64,000 bases of DNA from Cyanobium sp. M30B3 (lineage in GTDB: Bacteria; Cyanobacteriota; Cyanobacteriia; PCC-6307; Cyanobiaceae): positions 3,010,465 through 3,074,464 of the forward strand of contig CP073761.1 of NCBI GenBank assembly GCA_018399015.1. The letters run 5' to 3'. The position numbers and the translations under genes are program-made. The notes below the pieces were generated by a model, which was not told the origin of the DNA, ran no database searches, and saw nothing but the letters and a program-made list of their open reading frames with translations. Below are positions 45,883 through 54,966 of this stretch, piece after piece (positions within the stretch are counted from its first letter, which is position 1; each line of letters starts with the position of its first letter).

Positions 45883-47661
45883 ATGGCGATGATCCCCCGG
45901 GCGCCCACGGGTCGGCTCGCGCGAGGCCTGGGTGGGGCGTTGGCCCAGCGGCTCGGCACCCGGTTATGGATCGCGTCAAACAGTGTGCTGTCGCAGGTCG
46001 AGAGCGCCGAAGGCGATGTCCATCGAGCCTCGGAGCCAGCGGCGGGCGTCTTTCGCGTGGCCTGCTTCAGCCCCTACGCAACCTGGGACATAGTCTCGGC
46101 TTGGGAACTGACCGTTCTGCGAGCGTTGGCGAGGCGCGGCTGCAACACGCGGTTGCTCCTCTGCGATGCGGTCTCCCCGACCTGCGATCTCGTCTGGGCA
46201 GACGGCAACCCAAACCAGCAACGCTGTCTGGTCTGTCAGAGCCGTGCCGCGGGAGCCGCCCGGCTGCAGCACCACCCCTTTGAGTGGATGTCGCGCTACG
46301 TCGATGCCGCCGACCGTGCTGCGGCGATCGATTGGGCCGCGGCCCTGCCCGACGACGGCCTGCGCCACGCCCAGCTCGGCGACGATGACCTTGGCGAATG
46401 GTGCTTCGGCTCGATGACCAGCCACTTCCGGGGTCCACGGCTTGATCTGGATGACCCCGGCGTGCGGCGCGTCTACCGGCAGTATCTGTGCGGTGCGGCG
46501 CAGACGCTCGCCGGCTGTCGCGCCTGGCTGGAGGCTGTGCAGCCTGATGTGCTCTGGCTGTTCAACGGCCGCCTTGCGCTCACGCGGGTTGCCTTAGAAG
46601 CAGCGCGGGGGCTCGGGATCCGGGTGATCTGCCACGAGCGCGGCATGGTGCGCCATTCCCTGCGGCTGTGGGAAAACGAACGGTGTTCCCAGTATCGCGG
46701 TCGCCGGGAGGCTGCGCTGGCCAATGCGCGGCAACCGCTCACGGCCCAGCAGGCGGGGCAGGTCCTCCGCTGGCTCGACGACCGCCGCCACTCGCGCAAT
46801 TACAACCGCCAGCCCTTCCTGCGCAAGCACCGTCCGAGCGCGGCGCAGTCACTGGCTGCGGCCGGCGTGTCGGCGGGCGACCGCATCCTGTTGGCTCTCA
46901 CCAGTTCAGACCAGGAGTTCGGTGCCGAGGCCGATCGCAATCAGATCTTCGCCGAGCAGCACGAATGGCTCATGGCGATCCTGGGCTGGGCGACACGAAA
47001 CCCGGGCTGCCACCTCGTCATCCGGTTTCATCCGAACGCGAGCCCCGCCTCCTGGGCGGCATTGGCAGAGCGCCTGCCCGAACTCCACGGGGCGGATGAA
47101 ACGGCTTCGGTTGTGCGGCCGAGGGCGAACGTGTCTGTCGTCCCGCCAGGAAATCCACTCGACACCTACGCACTCCTGGACGCGTGTCATGCCGTGACGA
47201 CCTACGGCTCAACGACGGGGATCGAGGCGGCTGCGGCTGGCAAAACCGTGGTCGTGGCAGACCACTGCCTCTACCACGGGCTCCCATGGGCACAGTCGGC
47301 CGAGTCGCCCGTCCACTTCGTGGAATTGCTCGACGGCATGGCGTGGTCTGCCCGGCCGCAGGCCAACCCAGACGTTGCCGCAGGCGCCATGCGCTTCTTC
47401 TGGGACTACCACCTGGGGCAGAGCATCACCAGCCGACTCGTGCGCCATCCCGGCCTCGACTTCGCCCGGATCACCTACCGGGCCGACCAGCCAGAGAGAC
47501 TCGACTACGGCAAGGACCAGGGCCTCGACAGAATTACCGACGTGATCATGAACAGGCGAGCGATCTACGATTCGCGATTCTGCGGAGATGCCGAGGCCGA
47601 GCATGCTGCCGTGATCGCCCACCTCAAAGCCGCGGTTCTGGAGAGGAGGATGGCGAGATGA
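45883..47661 (+). CDS. Capsule polysaccharide biosynthesis (KpsS/KpsC/LpsZ-like, Capsule_synth) family protein
   Basis: The 592-aa protein has the pattern ILLALTSSDQEF...RFHPN...VTTYGSTTGIEAAAAGKTVVV, reminiscent of Capsule_synth proteins. The assignment is tentative. Confidence 0.45.
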   Translation: MAMIPRAPTGRLARGLGGALAQRLGTRLWIASNSVLSQVESAEGDVHRASEPAAGVFRVACFSPYATWDIVSAWELTVLRALARRGCNTRLLLCDAVSPTCDLVWADGNPNQQRCLVCQSRAAGAARLQHHPFEWMSRYVDAADRAAAIDWAAALPDDGLRHAQLGDDDLGEWCFGSMTSHFRGPRLDLDDPGVRRVYRQYLCGAAQTLAGCRAWLEAVQPDVLWLFNGRLALTRVALEAARGLGIRVICHERGMVRHSLRLWENERCSQYRGRREAALANARQPLTAQQAGQVLRWLDDRRHSRNYNRQPFLRKHRPSAAQSLAAAGVSAGDRILLALTSSDQEFGAEADRNQIFAEQHEWLMAILGWATRNPGCHLVIRFHPNASPASWAALAERLPELHGADETASVVRPRANVSVVPPGNPLDTYALLDACHAVTTYGSTTGIEAAAAGKTVVVADHCLYHGLPWAQSAESPVHFVELLDGMAWSARPQANPDVAAGAMRFFWDYHLGQSITSRLVRHPGLDFARITYRADQPERLDYGKDQGLDRITDVIMNRRAIYDSRFCGDAEAEHAAVIAHLKAAVLERRMAR

Positions 47662-48611
47662 ACGAAAACGTTGATGTGACCGTTTCCGTCATCGTGCCGA
47701 CCTACCGGCGGCCGGGGCAGTTGCAGGCTTGCCTTGAAGCGCTGGCAGCGCAGACGATGCAGGATCCGTGGGAGGTCGTTGTCGTCGATGACGGCAGTCC
47801 TGAACCGCCGCTTCCCAGCGTGGAGAGCCTCGTTGCCGCCCGCGGCTGGCGGCTCGTCCGGCAGGCCAATGCCGGCCCCTCAGCGGCCCGCAACCGCGGG
47901 GTGCGAGAGGCCAGGGGAGAGCTCATCGCTTTCACCGACGACGACTGCCGCCCCGAGCCGTCGTGGCTGGCCATGCTCTTGCGGGAGGCGCGGACACGTC
48001 CGCATGCCCTCGTTGGCGGCACGACGGTCAACGGGCTCACCGGCGACTTCTTCGCCACCACAAACCAGTTGATCGTGGATCTCGTCTACGAACACTTCAA
48101 CGGCGATCCGGCTCACGGCTACTTCCTCGCCAGCAACAACATCCTCTGCTCGCGGGCGGGGTTCCAGGAGGTTGGCGGTTTTGACGAAAGCTTTCCGCGG
48201 GCCGGTGCCGAAGACCGCGATTTCTGCGACCGCTGGCGGATGCGGGGCTGGCCTATCGTATGGCAACCGGAGGCTCGCGTCGAGCATCGCCACGGACAGG
48301 CGTTCCGCCAGTTCGTTGAGCTCTACATCCGCTATGGCCGTGGTGCCCACCGCTACCAGGCGATGCGTAGACAGCGCGGCTCGGGCACCATGCGGGAAGA
48401 CCTGAGCTTCCACAAGATGCTGCCGCGCCGCCTCTGGCGGCGTTTGAAACAGCGGGGTCGCGTGGACTCCGGGATCGCCACCGTCGCTGCGCTCAGCGTT
48501 TGGCAGATGGCAAATGCCTCCGGCTTTCTGCTCGAAGCCATCATGTCCACTGATCAGCCAATCAGACGCAACTCCCGGACAGCTCCTTCTCGTGGCAACC
48601 GATCCGAATAA
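47658..48611 (+). CDS. Family 2 glycosyltransferase
   Basis: The ATG at 47658 overlaps the upstream TGA (ATGA). VSVIVPTYRRPGQLQACLEALAAQ, VVVVDDGS, NAGPSAARNRG, IAFTDDDC are present. The C-terminal half parallels 27740-28687. Confidence 0.85.
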   Translation: MNENVDVTVSVIVPTYRRPGQLQACLEALAAQTMQDPWEVVVVDDGSPEPPLPSVESLVAARGWRLVRQANAGPSAARNRGVREARGELIAFTDDDCRPEPSWLAMLLREARTRPHALVGGTTVNGLTGDFFATTNQLIVDLVYEHFNGDPAHGYFLASNNILCSRAGFQEVGGFDESFPRAGAEDRDFCDRWRMRGWPIVWQPEARVEHRHGQAFRQFVELYIRYGRGAHRYQAMRRQRGSGTMREDLSFHKMLPRRLWRRLKQRGRVDSGIATVAALSVWQMANASGFLLEAIMSTDQPIRRNSRTAPSRGNRSE

Positions 48612-48863
48612 ACGCCGCTTAATGCTGCAGCCATGCGGTGATCTGGAATCGTTCTGACCAGGAGCTCATTGACTTGGCGACAGAAGAACGCGAGGCCAAA
48701 ACATCGGCATTCGCTGCTGCAACTATCAAGATTAGGCGATGAAGATGAACATACTCACCATGAAAAGCATCTTGCAAGAAAATTAGATCTGGAGCCGTGA
48801 CTCGCAAATCAAGGTACAGAATAGATCCAAGCGCCTGCCTCCTCCTTAGTTTTCGCTGCCTCC

Positions 48864-50765
48864 TTGAAACGTCTCTCCCCCCAGAACTTCTCCACATCGC
48901 TCGGTACGGCATGGCAGTCGCTCAGCAGCCTCACGCTCGGCCTGCTGCCGGCCTGGCAGGGAACCTCACCAGTGGCCCGCCTGATCCGCCACACGGCGCG
49001 CAGCCAGAAGAAGATCCTGCTGCTCAATGGCGCTGCCGTGCTGCTGCGCAGTGGATCCGAGGCCCTGCTGTTTGCTGTGATCTACCAGGCCGTGCGGCTG
49101 ATCTCCGGATCGCCACTGCCGGCGCTCGCCCAGCAGGCCAACCTGTCACGCGGCAGCACGTTTCTGATTCTGCTGCTGGCCGTCAGCGCCATCCAGCTGA
49201 TCGCCAGCGGCAGCCTTGCCCTCAACGGCGTGCTATCAGGCCGCTTTGCCGCACGCTGCCAGGCTGAAATCCTGCCCCGCATTCACCACCACCTCCTCAG
49301 CCTCAGTTATGGCTGCGCCAGCAGCTACAAGGCCGGGGACCTGGCCCGCCAAGCCTCCATCGCTCCCCTGGCGATCAAAACAGAACTGGAACAGATCAGC
49401 ACCATTGTCAGCGAAAGTCTGCTGACGATGGTATATCTGCTGGTGCTGGTGCGCATCTCGCCATGGCTGCTGCTGCTGGCCGGAGTTCTGGCCATCGGCA
49501 CGGCTTTGACCCAGGCCTGGTTGCGGCCGAGGATCAGATCCGCCGCCAGGCAGGTGGAGCAGCAGCAGCGCCGGATCGGTGCCGCCATCACGGCCGATCT
49601 GCAGGTGCTGCGCCTGCTGCACAGCAGCGCCGGCACGGCGGCAGCAAACCGCAGCTTTCAGCGCCAGCTGCAGGGGTTGGACCTGCGGTTGCGGCGGTTG
49701 AGCAACCTGCGCAGCTTGATGGAGCCGATCGCCGAACTCCTGCCCACCCTGATCGCCGTGGTGCTTGCCCTGTTCAGCTGGCAGCTCAACGGCGGGCGCA
49801 GCGAGTTGCTGATCCCAGGCCTGGCCACCTTTGTGCTGGCTCTGCAGCGCCTCAACCTGCGGCTCGTGCGCATCGGTCAGAGCGCCAACCTGCTCGCTGA
49901 GAACCTGCCCAGGATCGAGTTGCTCAATGATCTGCTGGCTCCCGAGGACAAAACCTTCCGGCGCCGCGGTGGCCATCCATTCCCAGGCCTGAATCGAGGG
50001 ATCCGCTTTGAAGGCGTGACCTTCCGCTATCCAGAGCGCTCCCAGGCCGCCCTGATCGATGTGAGCTTTTCGCTGCCCCGCCACGGCACCGTGGCCCTGG
50101 TGGGAGCCTCCGGCGCCGGCAAATCAACCCTTGTGGATCTGCTGGTGGGCCTGATCGATCCCTGCACCGGCCGGATCCTGGTGGATGGGCAGGATCTGCA
50201 GAGCCTCAATCTCGACAGTTGGCAGCGGCGGCTGGGGGTGGTGAGTCAGGACGTGCTGGTGGTGCATGACACCATCGCCGCCAACATCGCCTTCGGGATG
50301 GGGGATGGGGTGAGCCTGGAGATCATCCGCCGCGCCGCGGCGGCCGCCTGCGCCGATGCATTCATCGAAGCGCTTCCCGACGGCTACGACACGGTGATCG
50401 GCGAGCAGGGCCACCGGCTCAGCGGCGGCCAGCGCCAGCGCCTCTCCCTCGCTCGCGCCATGCTCCGGCAGCCGGAGATCCTGATCCTTGATGAAGCCAC
50501 CAGCGCCCTCGACAGCCACTCCGAGGCGCGGGTGCATCAGGCGATCGATGCCTTCCGCAGCGGCCGCACCGTGCTGGCCGTGGCCCACCGGCTCAGTTCG
50601 ATCCGCGCTGCGGACCAGATCCTTGTGCTCGATGCCGGCCGGATCGTGGAGCGAGGCAGCCACGATCAGCTGCTTGCTCTCGATGGCGCCTATGCGGGCC
50701 TGTGGCAGCGCCAGCAGCAAGGCCTGCCTCATGCTCCCGCTCGGCCCGCCAGCACCAGCCCATGA
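48864..50765 (+). CDS. ABC exporter, fused permease/ATPase (MsbA-like, type I exporter)
   Basis: There is an N-terminal six-TM-like region. Walker A is GASGAGKST, the signature is LSGGQRQRLSLARA and Walker B is ILILDEATSALD. The only available start is a TTG at 48864. Confidence 0.85.
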   Translation: MKRLSPQNFSTSLGTAWQSLSSLTLGLLPAWQGTSPVARLIRHTARSQKKILLLNGAAVLLRSGSEALLFAVIYQAVRLISGSPLPALAQQANLSRGSTFLILLLAVSAIQLIASGSLALNGVLSGRFAARCQAEILPRIHHHLLSLSYGCASSYKAGDLARQASIAPLAIKTELEQISTIVSESLLTMVYLLVLVRISPWLLLLAGVLAIGTALTQAWLRPRIRSAARQVEQQQRRIGAAITADLQVLRLLHSSAGTAAANRSFQRQLQGLDLRLRRLSNLRSLMEPIAELLPTLIAVVLALFSWQLNGGRSELLIPGLATFVLALQRLNLRLVRIGQSANLLAENLPRIELLNDLLAPEDKTFRRRGGHPFPGLNRGIRFEGVTFRYPERSQAALIDVSFSLPRHGTVALVGASGAGKSTLVDLLVGLIDPCTGRILVDGQDLQSLNLDSWQRRLGVVSQDVLVVHDTIAANIAFGMGDGVSLEIIRRAAAAACADAFIEALPDGYDTVIGEQGHRLSGGQRQRLSLARAMLRQPEILILDEATSALDSHSEARVHQAIDAFRSGRTVLAVAHRLSSIRAADQILVLDAGRIVERGSHDQLLALDGAYAGLWQRQQQGLPHAPARPASTSP

Positions 50766-52990
50766 AGGCCATCAGCCTGATTATGCCCACAGTGGACTGG
50801 GGCCCCACCTTTGCGCTGTGCCTGCAAGCGGCCCGTGCTGCCCTCGGCGCCGATGACGAGCTGCTGGTGGTGTTCGATGGCATGCCAACGCCGCCACCCG
50901 AGTGGCTGCACGCCAGCGGTGCCGTGCTGCTGCATACCGGCGCCCGCAGCGGCCCCGCCGCGGCCCGCAATCTCGGCGCCTGCCAGGCCCGCAACTCGAT
51001 CCTGCTGTTCGTGGACGCCGATGTGGAGCTGCACCCCGATGCGGTCGAGCGCATCAAGGCGCACTTCAGTGCTGATCCCCAGCTCGCAGCCCTGTTCGGC
51101 AGCTACGACGATCACCCCGCCGCACCCGGCCTGGTGAGCCGCTTCCGCAATCTGCTGCACCACCACACCCACACCAGCCATCCCGGCCCGGCATCCACGT
51201 TCTGGGCCGGCTGCGGAGCCGTGCGCCGCGAATCGTTCCTGGCTCTGGGCGGCTTTGATGCCAAGGCATACCGCCAGCCGTGCATTGAGGACATCGAGTT
51301 CGGGCTGAGGCTCAGCGATGCCGGCGGGCAGATCCTGCTCGACCCCGCCGTTCAGGGCACGCATCACAAACGCTGGACGCTCAGCCTGATGCTGCGCACC
51401 GACATCCAGCAACGGGCGATTCCCTGGAGCCAGCTGCTGCTGCGCCGCCGCCAGCTGCCGGCAACCCTTAATCTCTCCACCCCAGCGCGCTTGAGTGCAG
51501 CTGCCAGCCTGCTGATCCCGATCGCACTGGCGGCAGGCACCATCACCCCCGCGCAGGGATGGTCATCCCTCGTGCTGGCTGCGGCCCTGGCCCTGATCCT
51601 GCTGCTCAACCGCCCGTTCCTGGCCCTGCTCTGGCACCGGGGCGGAATCCGCCTGGCTGCGGGTGGCACTGGCCTGTTCATCCTCTACCTCGTGTATTCC
51701 AGCCTCACCTTCGCCGGCGTTGCCCTTGCAGAGTTCGCAACGGCCCCGGTTCCAATGCCGAACTGGCTCCGGGCCAGACCCGAGCTGCAGCGCAGGCTCT
51801 GCTGGGCAGGGCTGGCCCTGCTGGCCCTGCTCGCGGCGGCAGCGATCGTGAGGGGGCTTGTGCTCCTTGGCCTGGCCGAGGCGGGGAAGGACCTGCATCA
51901 GCGGTTTGATGAATGGCGCCTGTTTCGCGATCAGATTTACCCCTCACCCCACCTCGCAGATGCTGAAGCGAGAGCGTTGCCCCATTTCAGAACCACCGTC
52001 TACCTGCCGTGGGCCCTGCCGTTGTTCGGACTGCTGTTCGCCGGTGGAGGGATGCTGCAGGGAAAACTGCTGATCAGCACCGTCAGCCTGGCTGGGCTGG
52101 CGCTGATGGCCGCCATCGGCTGGAGGACGTTGAGGCCGTTGGGCCGGAGGGCGGGTTGGCTTGGGTTGCTGACGCCCGTGGCGATTGCGGGCAATGGCAA
52201 CGGCCTGGCTCACGGCCAGTTTTCGCTCCTCTGCATGGGCCTGATCAGCCTGCAATGGCTCCTGGTTGCACGCCGACGACCCCTATCCGCAGGAGTGTGC
52301 TGGGCTCTGGCGATGCTGAAACCGCAGATCGCCCTGCCCTTCGTCATCCCCCTGTTGAGACGTCGCAACTGGGCAGGCCTGGTTGCAGGCACAGGGCTGC
52401 TGCTGGGTTTGGCTGGCATGGCCATGCTCCAAACCAGAACAGCGGCGGGTGAACTGATCGTCAGTTGGCTACGGACCCTGCCCGCATTCATCAGCGTCGG
52501 TCATCCCAATGCAATGGCGTCCCTGCTCTCATTCAACCCAGACCCATGGGGTCCAACCCTCGCAACGATGGCCCTGGCCTGGATCCCCTTCGTCGTGACG
52601 CTGGCATGGCTAGGGCGCCGGTTGGTATTCATCTCCTTTCCCATACGGGTTTGGCAGACACTGAATCGCCATCCCCTGGAGCTGGCAGCTCTCTGCGGCC
52701 TCGTTGGCCTGCTGAGCTTCTACCACCGCAATTACGACAACATCATGCTGTTCCCTGCCCTCTTGGCGGCCTGGAGAGCCAGCCTGAGAGCACCGCGCTG
52801 GGGCAACCTGCTGATCACCCTGCTGTTGGCCTTCTCGGGCTGGACCCCCCACAACCTGCAGGAAGCCATCCCTGGCTTCCGCTCACTCCATGTGCTGATC
52901 TGGAGCCTGAGCGGCATTTGGCTGTTGTGGGGCATGCTGACCAGCTCAAGGTCATGGGCCGAAGCACCGCCGCTCAACTTGAAGGACTGA
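50762..52990 (+). CDS. Fusion protein: N-terminal family 2 glycosyltransferase (GT-A) plus C-terminal polytopic GT-C-like (GT87/DUF2029-like) membrane domain
   Basis: The ATG at 50762 overlaps the ABC exporter TGA (ATGA). N-terminal: ISLIMPTVD, LLFVDADV, CIEDIEFGLRL. The remaining 450 or so aa have at least 10 hydrophobic segments, with DEWRLFRDQIY...TVYLPWALPLF and ...AMLKPQIALPF resembling GT87-type motifs. Confidence 0.62.
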   Translation: MKAISLIMPTVDWGPTFALCLQAARAALGADDELLVVFDGMPTPPPEWLHASGAVLLHTGARSGPAAARNLGACQARNSILLFVDADVELHPDAVERIKAHFSADPQLAALFGSYDDHPAAPGLVSRFRNLLHHHTHTSHPGPASTFWAGCGAVRRESFLALGGFDAKAYRQPCIEDIEFGLRLSDAGGQILLDPAVQGTHHKRWTLSLMLRTDIQQRAIPWSQLLLRRRQLPATLNLSTPARLSAAASLLIPIALAAGTITPAQGWSSLVLAAALALILLLNRPFLALLWHRGGIRLAAGGTGLFILYLVYSSLTFAGVALAEFATAPVPMPNWLRARPELQRRLCWAGLALLALLAAAAIVRGLVLLGLAEAGKDLHQRFDEWRLFRDQIYPSPHLADAEARALPHFRTTVYLPWALPLFGLLFAGGGMLQGKLLISTVSLAGLALMAAIGWRTLRPLGRRAGWLGLLTPVAIAGNGNGLAHGQFSLLCMGLISLQWLLVARRRPLSAGVCWALAMLKPQIALPFVIPLLRRRNWAGLVAGTGLLLGLAGMAMLQTRTAAGELIVSWLRTLPAFISVGHPNAMASLLSFNPDPWGPTLATMALAWIPFVVTLAWLGRRLVFISFPIRVWQTLNRHPLELAALCGLVGLLSFYHRNYDNIMLFPALLAAWRASLRAPRWGNLLITLLLAFSGWTPHNLQEAIPGFRSLHVLIWSLSGIWLLWGMLTSSRSWAEAPPLNLKD

Positions 52991-53918
52991 ACCACTCCTG
53001 AAGCGGAGCAAGCAGGCGACGGTTGAGGACGCCGTACACCTCCAGTGAGAGCTGGCGATGGAGGGCCCCGCTGCGAATCAGGCTGCGATGGGCCACAACC
53101 CAGGAGAGCTGACTGCCGAGTACCCAGCTCCAGGGCCCCAGACCCCACTTGCGCCGAAAGTGAGCAATTCCCCGGCGCTGAATCCGATCCGACCAGCGGT
53201 GCTCAAACAATGGCCTGTTGGCATCCAACACCCGCGCTGGGGTGAGGAACACCGCCAGAGCCGCTGGTTCCAACCAGCAACGTCCTCCATCGCGCTGCAC
53301 AGCAAGAGAAAAATCCAGAACTTCAGGCAGGCTTTCGATGGCGGCGTCGTGCAGGGGGTGAGCGCAAGCGAAGGAGGTTCTCAACAGCAGGGCGTGGTAC
53401 TCCACCAGCTCGGTGGGCGCCGGCCCTGAGGGTTGCTGACCCAAGGCCCAGTGTCTTTGATCTTGACGAACACGCAGCCGCATCCCGCTCCAACCTCCGA
53501 GCAGCCGGCAGGTCCCACCCGCCAGATGGATCCGCTGTTGCCCGAGGTCGTTCTCCTCCAGCACCAGCGGCACCACCACATCGGCCTGTTGCCGCTCGGC
53601 GGCAGCCACCAGCAGCTCCGCGCAGCCCGGCGCCAACCTGACGTCGTTTTCAACACACAACAGATAGGAAACGGACAGCCGCTCAAGGGCCAGCAGCCTG
53701 GCCTGATTGGCGCTGATGAAAGCCTCGCAGCGGAGCAGTTCAAAACCCCACTGCTCGGCGGAACGCTGGAGAACGTCACGCACGGCCGGCGGTGAACCGC
53801 CATCGACGAACAGGACCGGGGTCCCTGCCGGCAAGTCCTGAAAGAGGGCTGCGATCAGAGCTTCGGGCCAGTCGTAACGGTCGCGCTGATTGACGACCAC
53901 ACCGAGGGAATGGGCCAT
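52974..53918 (-). CDS. Putative glycosyltransferase (GT2-like)
   Basis: LGVVVNQRDRYDWPEALIAAL, VLFVDGGSPP, and LLCVENDV (acidic motif) are present. Its ATG shares one nt with the upstream TGA (TGATG). Confidence 0.5.
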   Translation of the reverse strand: MAHSLGVVVNQRDRYDWPEALIAALFQDLPAGTPVLFVDGGSPPAVRDVLQRSAEQWGFELLRCEAFISANQARLLALERLSVSYLLCVENDVRLAPGCAELLVAAAERQQADVVVPLVLEENDLGQQRIHLAGGTCRLLGGWSGMRLRVRQDQRHWALGQQPSGPAPTELVEYHALLLRTSFACAHPLHDAAIESLPEVLDFSLAVQRDGGRCWLEPAALAVFLTPARVLDANRPLFEHRWSDRIQRRGIAHFRRKWGLGPWSWVLGSQLSWVVAHRSLIRSGALHRQLSLEVYGVLNRRLLAPLQEWFSPSS

Positions 53919-54829
53919 CAGCGCGCAGCCTGCTCGCAGACCTTCGCCAGCACCTCAAGCTGATTCAGCAGCGGCCAGGTGCTGCTGCCCGCACGCGCGA
54001 GTCGGCGCAACAGGCTGGCACTCCCATGGCCCCGCAACACTGGGGCCAACAATGGATGCGCCGCCAGTTTCAGCGAACAGGGTTCGGCAGCGAAGCCGGC
54101 GTGACGCTTGAAACGATCCAGATCTGGGCGTGCAGGAAGGGTCTGGCGGCCCACCATCACGGCATCGATCGTGCCTCGTGCGAACAGCGCATTCAGGGCT
54201 CCGTCATAGAGGCAGTGGGTGGGATGGGCCCAGGCCAGGGCTGGATCCCAGTGCAGGGCGAACCCGTGGGCCGTACGCGTCTCCATCCACAGCAGCAGGA
54301 AGGCAGCCAGCTGGCCTTCAACCCGACAGCCCCAGGCCTCCATCTGGGGATCACAGGCCAGCGCCCGGCAACAGCGACGCCAGCGCTCAGGTCCGCACCA
54401 GCTCCGATGGCTGGAGCGCCCGGCGGCGACCGCCGCACGATTCACCCGCAGGCCCTCACGCTCCAGGTCTGACCAGGCGATCGGAGCCACCGAACAAAAC
54501 CGCCCACCAGAGCGCAACTTCTGCCGGAACTGCCGCTGCTGTCGCGCAGGGCCGTGACCCTGGCGACGGGCGACATAGCGGAACAGTGGCTGTGCCGTCA
54601 CCGCGGAAGAGCACGTGAGCGCCACAAGCCGCCCACTTCTCATCAGCACATCGCGAACTTCCTGGGGTGAAGGATTCACGGCAAGAGCGCCAGGAAAACT
54701 CTGCAACGAAAACCGACCGACCGGCCGCCAGCAGCATCGATCGCCCAAAAACACAGACTCCCCTGCGGCCTGGAGTGTCTGGGCCAGTGAGCGGTGGTCA
54801 AAGGCAGTGTCCAGTAGGCGCACAGGCAA
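53918..54829 (-). CDS. FemAB-like / Acetyltransf_6-type protein (tentative); start uncertain
   Basis: ...GQLAAFLLLWMETRTAHGFALHWDPA...LYDGALNALFARGTIDAVMVG...DRFKRHAGF resembles the C-terminal GNAT half of FemAB-like proteins. The ORF opens with CTG, so the true start may be internal. Confidence 0.4.
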   Translation of the reverse strand: MPVRLLDTAFDHRSLAQTLQAAGESVFLGDRCCWRPVGRFSLQSFPGALAVNPSPQEVRDVLMRSGRLVALTCSSAVTAQPLFRYVARRQGHGPARQQRQFRQKLRSGGRFCSVAPIAWSDLEREGLRVNRAAVAAGRSSHRSWCGPERWRRCCRALACDPQMEAWGCRVEGQLAAFLLLWMETRTAHGFALHWDPALAWAHPTHCLYDGALNALFARGTIDAVMVGRQTLPARPDLDRFKRHAGFAAEPCSLKLAAHPLLAPVLRGHGSASLLRRLARAGSSTWPLLNQLEVLAKVCEQAAR

Positions 54830-54966
54830 CCCGAAAAACCGCAGAGCAGCAACCGATCACAAGTCAGTTCATCACAGCGCCGTACTGATGTCACACCCGC
54901 GCCCCCTGGGCCAGCGGCAGGCCCTGACTAGGCTGACCCCACCCGAATCTGGATTGCAGCGGTCTG

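Noticed and set aside
48619-48912. A 97-aa minus-strand ORF in the AT-richer spacer between GT2 47658-48611 and the ABC exporter
   Set aside because: It has no recognisable motif, it overlaps the exporter's only plausible start region, and it has an Arg-rich N-terminus. It is more likely a promoter/leader region for the exporter. A degraded gene fragment cannot be excluded.
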